Part shown: piece by piece, positions 47,912 through 61,320 of the stretch
Position numbering within the stretch: the first letter of the stretch is position 1
Layout: every line of letters starts with the position of its first letter
Source: Amphiscolops sp. MND2022
Taxonomy: Eukaryota
Direction: 5' to 3'
Assembly: GCA_964187785.1 (NCBI GenBank)
Contig: OZ076420.1
Coordinates: 32,302,001 to 32,366,000 of the forward strand
DNA: 64,000 nucleotides
Notes under the pieces: generated by a model
The model's database searches: none
What the model saw: only the letters and a program-made list of their open reading frames with translations
What the model was told of the DNA's origin: nothing
Position numbers and translations under genes: made by a program

Positions 47912-48706
47912 TCAAAGAATTGATGCCTTGGCACCACTGTCGACAACAAAAACAACACTTTTGTTGTCCAACTGTGAGGAATATTTGAAGAATTCCGGAA
48001 AAATCGAATTACAAGAACTATTTACAGTAAGGGTAACGGGTTTAGAAAACTTATCTTCCAGACAGATTGTAACAACAACATTTGAACCCACACTACGGCA
48101 CACTATTGCAAAACGACCAATTTTGTTGCAGTTTTTGCATTTTTTGTACGTAGAAGGACAATCTTCGCTGTTAGCGAAATGTAGTTTAGATCCACAACAA
48201 AAACAGGAATGAATCTTTTCAGCAGTAGATTTTGACTTTTGTTGACTGAACTTCGAATTAAACCGCTGTACAATGTAAGTATTACCATGAGCAGTTCCAG
48301 TGTAATTTGCATTTTTGATAAAAGCAGATGTAGAAATTCTCGCTTCAATTAGTTTAGCAATTTTTAAACATTCTTCCAGAGAAGGGTTTTCTTGAAGTAA
48401 GCGATCTCTTATGCGAAGCTCTCGTACTCCTCTGATTATTTGATCTCGCAACGATGTATCCAGAAAAGCATCAAAATCGCATCCTTGAGCGAGTCGTCGT
48501 AAGGCAGCAACAAATTCATTAAAACTTTCACCTGAATTTTGAACACGACACCCAAATGAATAACGCTCCAAAACTACGTTGACTTTATCAGCAAAATAAT
48601 TTCCAAGGCATTGTAAAACTTGTTCATAGGTATCATTAGGTATTTGTGTATCATTTCGTAAAGAATAGTAAACGGTCTGACCTTCAAGTCCAATTAAACG
48701 GAGCAA
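47912..48706 (-). pseudogene. gag: gag with zinc knuckles running into protease
   Basis: LERYSF..QNSGESFNEFVAALRRLAQGCDF..LRDQIIRGV; CFCCGSKLH, CKNCNKIGRFAIVC; protease FVVDSGA. Confidence 0.9.
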
Positions 48707-50672
48707 ATAGTTTTTTTGTATTACTAGCCAACTCTGCGTAGTTCGTAGCCGTCATGTAATTGTAGAAAGGACGAATCCAATCCTTCCATGGAGTTCTTTG
48801 TTTCCCAGGATCAGGTAAAAAAGGTTGGGGCGCAGGTAGGTGTAAAATTTCAGACATTGGTTTCGCTAGTTTTAACTTATCTCTGTCGCCATTTCATCTT
48901 CTTGACTGCGGGAAAACCTTCGCTACTTATTCAATCCTATCTCTGTCGTTATTTCATATTCTTGACTGCGGGAAAACCTTCGTTACTTATTCAGTCAATC
49001 ACGAATCAAAATTATGTGCCTATCAATCATGTATGAATCATTCATTCAGAATATATACCACAGCAACATTTGAAAAATTCGGGAAGAATGTCTCATAATG
49101 CCGAAAAAACCGGTAACACCAAACCAAAAAGATGGAAAAATGAGAAAAAAAGAGTGGGATATTTTTTGTATCACAAAAAGCGCCTACTAAAAAACAACCC
49201 ATTTTTCCATCAAAAAACCTCAAACTGTTTTCCGTAGATGAATCTAATAACCAATGTGAGTCATAAAACAAGATAGTTATGGTACTGTATTTTCGTTATT
49301 AATACTTGAATTTTTCGAACAAAAAACTGATTCAGTGAAATAATACTTTGTACAACAGTATTTGCGAAAATCTTGAGATTATCGCCCCAATGAAGGTGCC
49401 AGCGAAAGATGTACTTTGGCCAGTCTTCCGACTGGCTAACAGTTAAGAAGTTTCATTTGAAGTCAATACGTAACAGTCAACGAGAGGGCACGATTGGAAC
49501 GAACAACAAGAAAAAAATATAAAAAAAGTTGAAAAATATTGACCAACTGAAAAATCTACTACGGAAATTTTGAAAAGGGTGAGAAAACTCCTTTTGTTCA
49601 GGACGAAGATGAAGCCTTGATTGGAATTCATTCCAATGTTCCACAATTGAAACCTTGTTTGTTTTGCTGCACAGTGACGGTAGGGTTTCTTACGTCACCT
49701 GGGGCAAAATTCCACATTGCTTTGCCTGTAGATAGTCGTAATGCGCACTCCTCCTGGAGCAGAAAAAACACTTGTTTTTGTCGTTTTAGACTTGTACCCG
49801 TTTTGAGAAGGTGTCAACATCGTGTGGATGACTGTTGAGGAGATAGGGAATTTGGGTTGCCGTTGCAACCAGACTTGTCCAGTGGTCGTTGTTATCTGCA
49901 CTCTTTGGCTGACGGTGACTACTAACATCCCTTTTCCTGAATACCCTTTTAAAAAAATCTCATTTTTGAAAACCTATTATCCACGTCTCGCAGTGCGTCT
50001 TTTGTGTGGGGTTGGCGAAAGTCCAGAGTTTGATTTTCTAGTTTGTGTTTATATTTGAGATTGTCTGTTAATTTTCTACTCATTCATTTGCTTTTTTGCT
50101 CAAGTTCTATTGCAATTCCTGGAGTTTATAAAACTTCTCAAATATTTAAGTAATCTATGTTGTGGAGTTCTAGTCTGAGTTATCGGCCGATATGCAGAAC
50201 TTAGTTTTTCAACGTAACAATGTAGCAAACAATTATTGCACTTGAAACGTTTGGATTTTTCGATTGGGGTTTGATATAAAGGCAAGCAGAACTCATTGTT
50301 GTTATTATATTTTCTTTTTTTCTGGTTTTTATTTATCACGGAATACAACATGGATGTCAGAATAACAAGCTTGGAACGGCCCAAGTCGGCCCCTCGCCCC
50401 TTGCTCAAGGTTCAAAAGAGTTAAGTTTATAAATATGCAAACAGGCACAATTGTTAAAATTTCATCATTTTTTTTTCGGAAAAAGTCTCATACTGCCGAA
50501 AACCTCAAATAAATTCGCAAAACGGCTTTCCAAGCAAAAAGTGTTTTAAAAATGATGGTGTACCATTTAACCGGAAGAGAACTATTGAAAAAAGGGTGTC
50601 AAAAAAAACTGTTCGTCTTCCGTCCAATTATTTGAGAAAATTCTAATCAGTGCCATAGGATGTTGCGGTTGG

Positions 50673-51360
50673 AGAAATTTGATGAAAAATTCTAATTCGA
50701 TGTTTATCGTGGCACTGAGGATGAGATTGCTGTTTTCGCTGTTTCTAAGAAATTGGCAGGTACTTAGAAACAAAGATCGAGATCGAGCAATAACACAAGG
50801 GCGGCCGCCATAACAGACGCCAGAGACTACAAAAACATCTGAAAATAGAATCTTTTACAGTTGCTAACACCCGGTTTTTCTTGATTTCAGTAATATGCTA
50901 CATTAAAGAGCGAAAACCGCAAAGATGAGTCTTTTTGTCTAATTCGCGAATCTGTGCCTGTGGTGCTCCAGCTTACGAGCTGAATGTGGATACTGCTAAC
51001 TAATTGTTGTCGATGAGATTGCCGTACATTGTTGTAATTTAATGGCTTTTCTGGACAACTTTAGATCTTATTCCGCAATTTTAGATACATTCCGCAAGTC
51101 ACCCTGAATGACAAAAATTTACACAATTTCCTTTTGGAACGTTTTTAAAGGCCGTCTAAGCGGTAGTTTCGATCACAAAGCGTAATTCACGTTACTGACA
51201 GCAATTAAACACTGGATCACGCCCGCGAGCACTCCACACGAAGCGGAATCCTCCTCTGACGGGACTGTTTTTACCCGAAGGAGGCAAAATGGACTCATGG
51301 CAATGGGCGCCTGTCCCGGGCAAATACCCATGTCATGGGTCCCTGCATCTCTATTAACGG
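50673..51360 (-). repeat. Dispersed repeat, copy B (inverted relative to 37945-38630)
   Basis: The same conserved blocks are present on the minus strand. Confidence 0.75.
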
Positions 51361-54300
51361 AGCGGCGATGGTGAGAGCTTGCCGTCATTACACATACCAA
51401 TATGTGAAATTATGCAAGATTTCAGAAACATCTGCAAAAAATTTCCGCTTTGTTGTCGAAAATTTTTGGAATTAGTGATGTGCAGTTTCACTTTCATTGG
51501 TTTCTTTATTGGAGACATAAGAATTAAATCTTTTGTTCTGCTGAAATGGAATTCAATGAATAATTTAGACTCGCTGAATCTCCAATCCCTCGTGGAGACA
51601 CAAAGATGAATTTGGAAAGTGATTCAATTTAAATGGGACTTGTTACAACACTATAAATGTTTTAGCAAACTGATTGAATCAAATAAAAGCCCATTCAAAA
51701 ACCACAAAATAACGAAACAAAACTTGAAATTGTTTGATTGTTTGTGCGTTTTCTCTGATTTTGGATTTTAAATTAGGCCCTATTTTTTATTTGCATTCTT
51801 TTGTGGTCAGAATCTTCAAGTCCTTACTCTACTGAGCCCCTCATATTTGCGAAACTTTGTTGTTGTCGTACCTTAAATGAAGGTATGACTAAATCGGGGG
51901 GTGCTGATTTTGTATTAGCTAGCCGTGTACCTCAGAAACGAATAGCTCCAGAAGAGATATCGTACAAAAGACACGATTTTCAAAGAAGTCCATCTTTGAT
52001 CAATATCACCAAGCGGCGAGGCAGTGCATATCACGGAGCTCACAACATTAAACAATCACTCCGAAAAAATGACAACAGAGAAGGTTACAGCTCAAAGAAA
52101 TACATAATCAATTCAAAATTCAAAGCAATTATTAAGAAATATTGTTTCATCAACTTGCAAGTTCTTGCTTTTTATCGTAAAAGTTCAAAAACCATCAAAA
52201 ATGTCAGGAAACGTTTAATGATGTTTGGATTAACAACATTTGGATCAGCATGGTAACATTTATTAGCAGAAATTTTGGACTGGGGAATACGAGTTTATCA
52301 ATTTGATGTAAAAAAACTGGTTTCAACAACATTCAAACTTCGATGTGTGTCAAGATTGCCATCACTCTTTTATCACACTCGAGGGTTTTCAGCTTCCTGA
52401 TTCTTTTACATGGAACGCTTTTCACGAGCTTTCCGCGCCAAATTTGCAGAAAACTTCAACCGTCGAGACTTTGCCAAATCAAAAAAAAGTTCCTGAAAAC
52501 TGGGGTAATGAAGAAAAAACACGGACGGAAAACCCAGTTACCGAGCGAAATTTGCAACCAAGTGAAAAATTACTTCGAGCAATCCGAACTTGGCTAAAAA
52601 ACATCAATGACTTCATGTCAAGCGTCAACAACTTCGCCACCTAAATGGCGACTACTGATTCGAAGAAAGCTGTGACGATTTTGCTAAAGCGAGCTAGATT
52701 CATTGTGTTTATCCCAGAGCGGCAGGTATTTTCGACAATTACCAAGCAATAGACTCTTGAACTGTAAATTATCTGAAATACTCCTCTCATATCAGACCCA
52801 TCGGTTGCCAGACAAAAATAGTGGCCTTTCTTTTTGTCACACTAATCTCTGAACACAGTGTAATTATTTACTTTCACAATGAAAAGCATTAGTTTTGCAT
52901 TTTTTGCACTCTGTTCTGCATGTTTTTTTTCCATTTCTTTTGCAATTTTGCTAATAAACTAAAGGCTGTCATTTTCATGACGAAATTAAATTTGTAGCAC
53001 TTGAAACCCAAAATATCGATTCAAACTCGGATTTCAAGTGAAAAAAGTTGACTTTTAGATGTAACGTCAAGCAAGTAACGCACATACCAGAACTGGGACA
53101 ATACTTAGGTTGCCTAGACAGGAGACCATAGTCCTATAACAAGCCTAAATACCAGTTTTTCGTCCCTAAAGGTCTCCTAGGGACTTTTCCAAAACACCGT
53201 GGAGACTCCTCTTATTAGAGCTCCGTGGCGACGTGCCGGCACACTCAAAGTCCGGACACGTCCCACAAGCATGTAAAAACGTTCCTAAAGACTTCCTGCG
53301 GTCCTACATACTCCCGAGGTCCGAAAACAGGGTTCTAGCTGAAATGCATTCTATTTCAGAAAATAACGTCTAAATACTCCATTACAAGGATCTGGCAGAT
53401 CCGACATCATCATAAATCTGTAAATCAAAACTAATGACATCAGAATTAATCAAGATTGGCACTTCTGGCATGTTTCTATTGAATTCGCGATTCTCTTCAT
53501 CTTCTTCGCTGTGGGATATCTGGATCTCAGAACGTTTTTGTTTTAAAAACGCACTTTTCTGGGGAGATGACACAAATCCGAGCATTTTTCTTGTTCTTCC
53601 ACATCGTGTCAGTGTCTTTTCTTCTTTTCCGGGTCGGGGTGGGGGGTCGTCTCTTTTTTTGTGCTTCCTTTTTGATTTCAACGACCTGCCAGGTCGGCCA
53701 TTTTGATTCGCACACTTTCTGGTCCTTGATCGAATTTTTCATCGAAAATTTGGTGCTGACTGGAGGACGTTACAAGAAGCACAAGGAGTTTTGTTCCTAG
53801 AAGTGTGCAAAAAACATTTAAACCCTAATTGCAAGAACAAACAATTTTGACACAAATCGGAGTGCGGAATTGTTCTCCTACCACATTCTTTGTATACTAG
53901 CATAAAATTGTCAATGAACGCAGACAATGAATAATCTTTGTGTATTTCCAATATTTTCCACCACAAAACCAATTTCCACATCGTATGTTGCTACAGTCAT
54001 GTTTATTCTGGAAGGAATCACAAGTAGCCTTTTAAAATGAGGAACTTGCAGCAAACTCGTTATTTACCTAAAAAAGAAAGTCGATTTGTTTTGTAACATT
54101 GAAGCTATATACGTTTTAAAGTCAGCCCAAGAATCTAAGCAATTCAGAAAATTAAAATAGTTTCGAATACGTGTCTCCTTACGTTGTTTGGTGGCATCCA
54201 TTTACCTCCAATTAGCTGATGGCTTGTATTACTGAAGAGTTTTATGAATTGCATTCCAGGCACCGTGAGGCAATGAAGACATCATGTTGATCGTTGATAG

Positions 54301-54368
54301 GCGGAAAATTTAAAGATAGTCAAGGCTGATTGTAATCGTGGCTAAATACGGATATTGTCCCTAATAGT

Positions 54369-55467
54369 TGTTACAACTTGTACATTGGTCGTTGTTTAGG
54401 GCGGGGTTTATTTTTACCGATCTAGTTGGTGTGTAGAAACTTCTGCATTCGTCTTCTATAGTAACTTCGTTCTGTTCTCTCATGCTTTTTCATGTTTTAG
54501 GCTTGAGTAACTTCAACAGCTCTCTTTGGGATTCTACTAACAACCCATCGATCTCCGACGTTACTCCTTCTTTCAAAGACGCTCTCAAGCTTTCTAGAAC
54601 GCTATTTTCAATCCTAGGGGACTTAGCACGAGAAGGACCCGCAACTGCTACGTCTTGCTCATTTAGCTCCTAATTCTCAAATAAAACTGGTGAAACTAGG
54701 ATTTCACCACTTACGTTCTCGGTGTTTTCCTCATGATTGCTTTTCGTGATGAAGTTCCTGATGAAATTTATCGTTTCAAACATTCGATTTGAACTAAAAA
54801 TTAGATCACAGATTGAATGAATCTATTTACAATTCTCAAGGTATATATAACCTCCTAGCATCACGTGATCACGATGGATTACCGAAATTTTCCCTGATCA
54901 TTTAATCATCTCTTGTGATATCTGGGGAAATTTCGTTTAGGTACCTAAATTCACGTCGACATTCCAACTAGATTTGAGCGCAAAATCTCTAATTCGATAT
55001 TAGTCATCAGACATGATCACATCATTTCATACTCGTGTAATTTTTAATTCCTCCCAAGCAGGAAGTAGATTTTCTTTCTGTCTGTCAAACCGGAAATGCT
55101 TTTCTAATTTACTGCTTTGGTTCGCGCGAAAATTGACAACAAACAGATTAGCGTCAGTTTTGATGCACAAGAAATGAGTGTACTTTATTGGTACTTCAAT
55201 TGAAACATTTCTAATAAACTTCATAACTAGTGTTGCAATGTGGTTGTAAATTTCAGTCGTACTATTAGACGAGGTATATACAAATTTTACAAACTAATCA
55301 AATATTGAAGGAAATATTACATCTCAACAATTAACTTTAATATAATAACACTTTAAGTGGTGGTAAAACCCACACGTGGAATAGTAGCAAGCAAAGAGCA
55401 AAATTTGTTCAGCAACAAAGGATACAAATTGTTATTATAGCAATTTGAACCAAGTTTGACTACGACG
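54369..55467 (-). mobile_element. Long LTR (solo or 3') with an internal AGPSRAKSPRIEN-type ORF
   Basis: Minus strand ends ...AGTTGTAACA at 54369 with no PBS. One frame from about 54765 to the end (2 stops): EQDVAVAGPSRAKSPRIENSVLESLRASLKE...FYTPTRSVKIN...CTSCN. The start near 55467 (cgtcgtagtc) is tentative and no TSD was confirmed. Confidence 0.6.
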
Positions 55468-56841
55468 TATTGGCGTCATCTTGTATGAGTAGCAACATGG
55501 ACGGGTTAGGACATTTGAATAAAAAAGCACATGTTTATAAAAATCTTTCTGGAATGCAAAAATATATTCGTCCTGCTTTTCGCAGTTATAAACTGTCACT
55601 TTTGACGGAGCCATATAGAAGAAGCTTGCAATTTCAAATACGTCCGCAAAATCGACCTTCTTCTTCATTTAAGGGTTTTAATCCTCATTGACGCAACTTA
55701 GACGTAGAACTGAATGTTCTTATCTTATTGAATGTTCTTTTTGAATGTTCTTACCTAATCTTCAAAGAGATGGCATCATGATTTCAAACAATTTTCCTCT
55801 GAAGTTTCATTACCGAAATGGCAGATCTTTCCAAATTTAATACCGTGCGAGCGCTTATTCCCATAAAATTGTGACGTAGTATTGACATGTTTTTTTAGCA
55901 GGCTTGGCAAGCTGCCTAGTTTGACGAGATGCTGAGGTTTGTTTTGAAATGAAATTCAGTTAGCTGCCATAGTAGTGACGAAGCGCAGGAGTCACTGCCG
56001 TAATGATATTAGCTGCCACGGCCATGTTTGTTTACTTAACGACATGTATTCGTCTCATTCGACTTTAATTGCTTTTCAAAGAGCATTTAAGCTTCCTTTT
56101 CTCAGAGCGGCGTAATTCTCTAAAGTGCATCTCAGTGTAGTTTTTGTTTTAGATTTGTTTATGATCCTAATTTAGTTATAATTATGTCCGTAATTTTCAT
56201 TTAGATTAGTTTCTGGTTCTGGCTGGAAGATTAGTTTGCTTTAGTTTTAAGGTTGCGCATGTCTATTATTGGACGTGGCTCAAACGTCTTGGCGGAAATG
56301 TGTGAATTCATTTCAGCCCGTTTAACTTTGTTGTTCATTTTCATTTTTAGATCCGTTCAAAAATAGACGTATGTTTCTTATTCTTAAGTCACAGTTTACT
56401 GGTTTTTGTTTGAAAATTGTTGTTCAAAAATTGAAACACCACTTTGGGAATTTCGAACTGCAACCATACCATCTTCCATACCATCTTCTTTCACATCCTC
56501 AAGACAGTCTGGACGCGGATTAAGACAATAGTTACTTCATCATAGTAGAGCATACGTGGAAATTCGCTTGTTTAGAATGCTGTCATTATTGGTCCACATT
56601 ATGATCAACCTTGACTGAGACTTTCCACACTTGGAAGACGGAAAAAAGCTTGTCTGGAAAGCAGTGCTAGGACTCTGTGAACGGTTTTCCAAGCAGAAGT
56701 AAATTCCCACTGGGAACTATTCAAACCTAAATCTATGACGCTTTCATGCTTTTCCAATCTTTTGCAAGGTCTAGAAAATTGGAAAAACTATCAGTATATC
56801 TTCAATTCAACAAACCATGTGAAATATTCAGTGTTTTTCAG

Positions 56842-57440
56842 CTAAATCGTTCGAACCCCAGCAATTGGACGATGATTCGCGAGAGATGTTCTCATTTCTC
56901 TGGATTCTCCGATCTTGGTTGTTGGACTGCACTGCTCACGGAATACCCAAAGTGGTCTCGTATGCCAACTTCAATCGAAAGATTTTCTGGCTGTTGGCTG
57001 TGGTCATTTGCAGCGCTTGTTTCATCTACCAGATCGGCATAATGTTCCAAGACGTTTTCAGCTACCCCATAACTGTCAGTGTCCAAATCAAGTATCCAGA
57101 TAACCTGATAATGCCTACAGTTACAATTTGTAACTCCAATAAATTGAAGAATTCGCTCCTTCGAGAATATGACCAAAAAAAGGATACACAATTACACAAA
57201 ATTTAGCTATTTGAAGACTTTACGTCTATCGGCATGGATGAAATAGAAAAAGAAATGAAGCAAAATCTTCATGGGAATCCCATTATGGTACGGGTTGTTG
57301 AATATGTTAGCGAGGATTATGAATATTACTACAGTGGATATCAAAATGGAGATTCTAGTGGGTCTACTTTTTGTCGAGCTGAAAATCCTTTTATTCCGAG
57401 CTGGGAAGACCTTTTAGGTTTCAACGAGCGACCCTATAGG
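56842..57440 (+). pseudogene. First seen exon of a tandem DEG/ENaC paralog, with an in-frame TAG
   Basis: Same acceptor context (ttttcag|ctaaa), HG motif, TM1 and PTVTICNSN. TAG at 57204-57206 replaces TTG of copy 1 and the frame continues. Phase-0 donor agg|gttagt at the homologous RP.. position. Later exons are not found in the window. Confidence 0.85.
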
Positions 57441-58164
57441 GTTAGTATAAAAACCAAATCCATTGCGATTTTTCTCCATCTTTTCCTCTAATGATGTTCT
57501 GTTTCTGAATTTTTACCTCGGAGATCTTTTGTTGCCTTTGAATAAATGGCAGTATAAGCTCTTGTAATCTCTTTAACCTTTTTTGCTAAGTTTACTCTGG
57601 GAATGCGTTGTAACTGCATTGATAGTTTTTTAGTTCATGAAACCTTATAAGAAAATACTATTTTTTAAACGAAATTGCGATTTGAAAATTCGCCTTCCTT
57701 TGGACTTCTTTTGACAAGAGCTAGTCCAACTTCTTTTAGATTTTAAAAATTCTTTGAATGCCTGTTGCTTTGAGATAACTCAAAACAGTCGAACATTGCC
57801 AATCAGTTGAAAAACAGACTGAGTATTTCACTAAGAAAAAAGCATTTACTGAGCAATGAAAGCTCCCTACGGGTAATTCGACAGTCTAGTTGTTGAAAGG
57901 GTTTCATCTAAAACGCACTGGGCCAATGTAAAAAACGTTACATGTCCTGCGTTTCGAAAAGGGCGCTTTTTTCAGACATTCTAGTCTTGTTTGTTAGATT
58001 CGATGTTATATTATTTTAATCTGATACTTTTTCCAAATGTGAAATTGTGCATTTGAAGCCAACAATGATGAACTTTTGAACCTTAGATGGTTGAGAGGAT
58101 GTTCGTTATTATTTTGTTTATTTTTTTATATAAATTTATTTTTTATAAAATTTTTTATAATTTT

Positions 58165-59634
58165 GTTCGCTATTATTGGAGTCTGTTGAACTCTCTCTAG
58201 ACCTCATTCTACTATTTTCCTGTGTAAAACAAGTTCTGGGACGATTTTCCCACGATTTCTGAGAATTTCCTACTTCGGCGTTCCGTTGTAGCCCACTGGA
58301 CCTTCGGTCCCTTATGGTGAAATCGGTTGACCTTGGGCTAGGATGTAGCCCGTTGGACCCTCGGTCCACTGTGGTGAAATTAGGTCTCCCCTGCATTTCT
58401 AGTGTATTTTGGATAGATGGAAGCACTGTACTTGTTATTGCAGTTGTGATAGCTTCCTGGATTTGAGAATTCAGGCTGGTTTTGACCTCATTGAGTTTTA
58501 TAGACATTTGATTGGAAATTTCTTCGTTTATCAACCTAGTGGTCTCAATTGCAATTTCGCTGTTTTCTCTGCTATTGGTATTAAGTAAAGATCTAAAATC
58601 TTCCCCTATAGCGTTTGAACTTTTTTGTGGTCTACTAGACCCTGAGTCCAAATTCACTTCATTTTCACTAATATTATTTTCTTCATCATCTCTAGAGTAA
58701 CTTCCATGCATTACATCAACATTTTCTACATCGGACAGCATGTCTAACTGCCTAGAACGTCTTTCTTTAGCCTTTTGCTTTCTTGTTGAAGGCATTGGAG
58801 AAAATAAACACAACAACAATGAATTGACAGAACAGACTAAAGTTAATATGGTTGATGAATGAAATGTACAGATTGTACTGAACGTAAAGTTGTGATCGCA
58901 ATTAATGCAGTTTGAATTGGATTGTGACTTCAAGTTGAGTTTCCAAAGAATGGTCCCTCTGGTCTCCTGGGCGCTGCTATAAATCCCCTACTCTGCCTGA
59001 CAAGCAAATTTACAGGCATCATGGTACTAAATATAAACATGATAAACTAAAAAGAGCATCAAATATGGTTCCGTCAACATGACGTCAGTACATCAAAGAG
59101 CGAGATGGGGGGGGGCTTTGGCGGTTAAGCCGACAAAGTGAGAAAATGTTTATAGTGACCTGTAAGTACATTCAAGGTTAATCTACAACACTACCTGTTT
59201 CCGGAATACATAATTTCATGTTATGTAAGCTTTTCACCATAGTGGACGTTAAGTCCGCGTAGCCGCACTCAATTACAGCACTAGCAGCACTTGTTCGTTA
59301 ATTTCACCGTGGCAGACATTCTGTCCACGGAGCGTCACTAATATACTGCACTCTGATTGGTGCAAAATACTTGTACAGCGAGTGTAGTAAATTAGAAGAA
59401 GCGTTCATTTGAACGCGTTTCCTCTTCCGCATACAATTGCATCGTATTAATTCATCGATTTACAAGCTATCTATTAAATTACGTCAACATTCTGATAACA
59501 AAACAGGCACAGAATAAACTACTAAAGAGTAAAATACATCCTTGTAGACTAAAATGATTAATTGCACTGAGGCCGCAAGGACCTTAAGTCTTTCATGGTG
59601 AAATTCAAATTAGTGAAACTAGCAACAAAACACA
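58165..59634 (-). mobile_element. Long LTR with an intact MPSTRKQK-type ORF, 3' end replaced by an A-rich tract
   Basis: ORF from ATG 58797 (MPSTRKQKAKERRSRQLDMLSD...) is similar to the 4418 ORF; upstream non-coding motifs are shared with 3678-4400. Confidence 0.7.
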
Positions 59635-61074
59635 TGTGGTTTATAATACCTTTTAGTTTTTGTCAGAGCTTAAATGGGAAAAACTCCTGGGGGAGGGTTA
59701 GAGTTATCTCCTTCCAACGTAATTTGATAAAAATTGCCATCACAGGCGGCAGCCTGCGACAGAGGAACACATTCAAATGAATAAACCGGTCAGCAGGAAT
59801 GCAAATTCATTATGTGTATTAGAACAAGATGCCCGCTATGCACTGGCATATTTTCCGCCTTCGATTGGCTAACAATAGATATTTAATCGAAAATTTACCT
59901 CCTCTCCGCTTCAAGTTTTTCATCTTCACTATGCAAAATTGTAAACGGTCTCTTTTATGTTCAGAAAGTGTAATCTTGACTTCATTTTCAATTCAAACTT
60001 GCCACAAGGCTTATTTTCTGAGTTGAAAACTATGCTTCCGTGCCTTAATCGGATTTGCAAATCAAGAAAAAAACAGAATTTTCATTATTGTCTGATCATT
60101 AAGCGAACTTTCAGAAAGCAAATTAAGCACCGGCATTTCTCGCTCAAGACCTCTTCCTTGGAGTTCAAGAGAACCTACTCTGTGAACATTGGAGAGACAC
60201 ATTTCAAAAAAAGCGGGAACCCATCACTTTCAAAAGGTATGGATCGTACCGAAAGGTTCTGGTATTTGGCTCTTTTCGATCAACTAATATAACCTCACAT
60301 CATCATCAAGCATAGCTAAGGCCTATGTTCTGAATCTAAGTTCTCAAGCTTACTTTTGATAGTGTGAAGAATTTGCGCTCTGAACTTCATTACGAGACAC
60401 ATCCGGTTAACGAACTAGGAGGATGGAACCTACTAGTTCGATTTTTGCCCATTCAGACAGCGAATTTTTATTCTGGAGGATTTAAACTTGTCAAACATTG
60501 CATCATTGATAAGACGTTACACTAGTTTACATGGCTTCATATATTTGACCAGTTTACACCATCAGAAATTACAGGAGTTGACTAGTTTACACCAAACATC
60601 GTTCCTACTCAATTTGACTACCTACATTGGGCATATCATATATACAGGTGGTTCTGATGAATACTTTTGTCGATTTGTAAATCCACTGTTTGATTCGCAT
60701 ACATAGTTTGAACCGGTCAAACTTATAACATAAGTTGTACATAATTGTGAATCACACTCAATGCATGGTTGTAATACTAGTTAGCAACTAGACCGTGCTA
60801 ATGTAAGGGCTCACGACAGATAGCAAAATTATTATAACGACCGGTACCAAATAAGTCGGTGACCGATCAACCGACACGCAGTTCATACGTACATACGGAT
60901 ATTTCACTGTAACTTTGTGACAATTCGTATTTTGTTCATTGTTTCATAACTATTGATTAATATGATCCTGTTTTCAGGACAAATCCAAATGATTTTTCTC
61001 AGGTTGATAAGTTTTCATGCTTTTATGATGTTTTGTCGATGAAACTCATTTTACATTATTGACAAAAATTCTTT

Positions 61075-61320
61075 CATTCGGGGAGACCTAAACGGTCATA
61101 AATAGTGGGTTGTTGTTGGTTATGTTTGCAAGAGGCTAAAAGGCATATGGTGCAGATTTTGAATTTAGCTCAAGATTTCATGATTAATATTTCAAACAGT
61201 TTTATTATCCGATTGGGATGAGTTTTCAACTTCTTTTAGGTTTTTTGTAACAAATGATTTGAAAAAAAAACAGGATGATAATTGCGACGGATGGTATTGT
61301 TCGACTTGATTAAACTGGCT
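61075..61320 (+). mobile_element. Possible non-LTR retrotransposon AP-endonuclease remnant
   Basis: GDLNGH (GDFN-like) followed, after a frameshift, by QILNLAQDFMINISNSF (compare G..LL.F.....L.I.NTFF of LINE APE domains). Confidence 0.4.

Larger units (their letters stand above)
44718..49062 (-). mobile_element. Compact decayed Ty3/gypsy element with 111-bp LTRs
   Basis: LTRs 44718-44828 and 48952-49062 (about 14 differences in 111). TSD GCGAC/GCAAC (4 of 5 match). PPT GAGGAGGGGA next to 44828; PBS TGGCGACAGAG at 48891-48881. Confidence 0.9.

Noticed and set aside
54369-56527. ATAGT on both sides as the TSD of a 2.16-kb solo LTR
   Set aside because: A chance match is plausible over that distance, and the end at 56527 does not resemble other LTR starts. 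Left unresolved.
60488-60706. LTSLH repeats as a leucine-rich-repeat exon
   Set aside because: Irregular spacing, no LxxLxLxxN consensus and no supporting exons; more likely a degenerate short tandem repeat (actagtttacac).
60833-60845. tataacgaccgg resembling the LTR start tgtaacgaccgg
   Set aside because: No further similarity to the 3678 LTR downstream.
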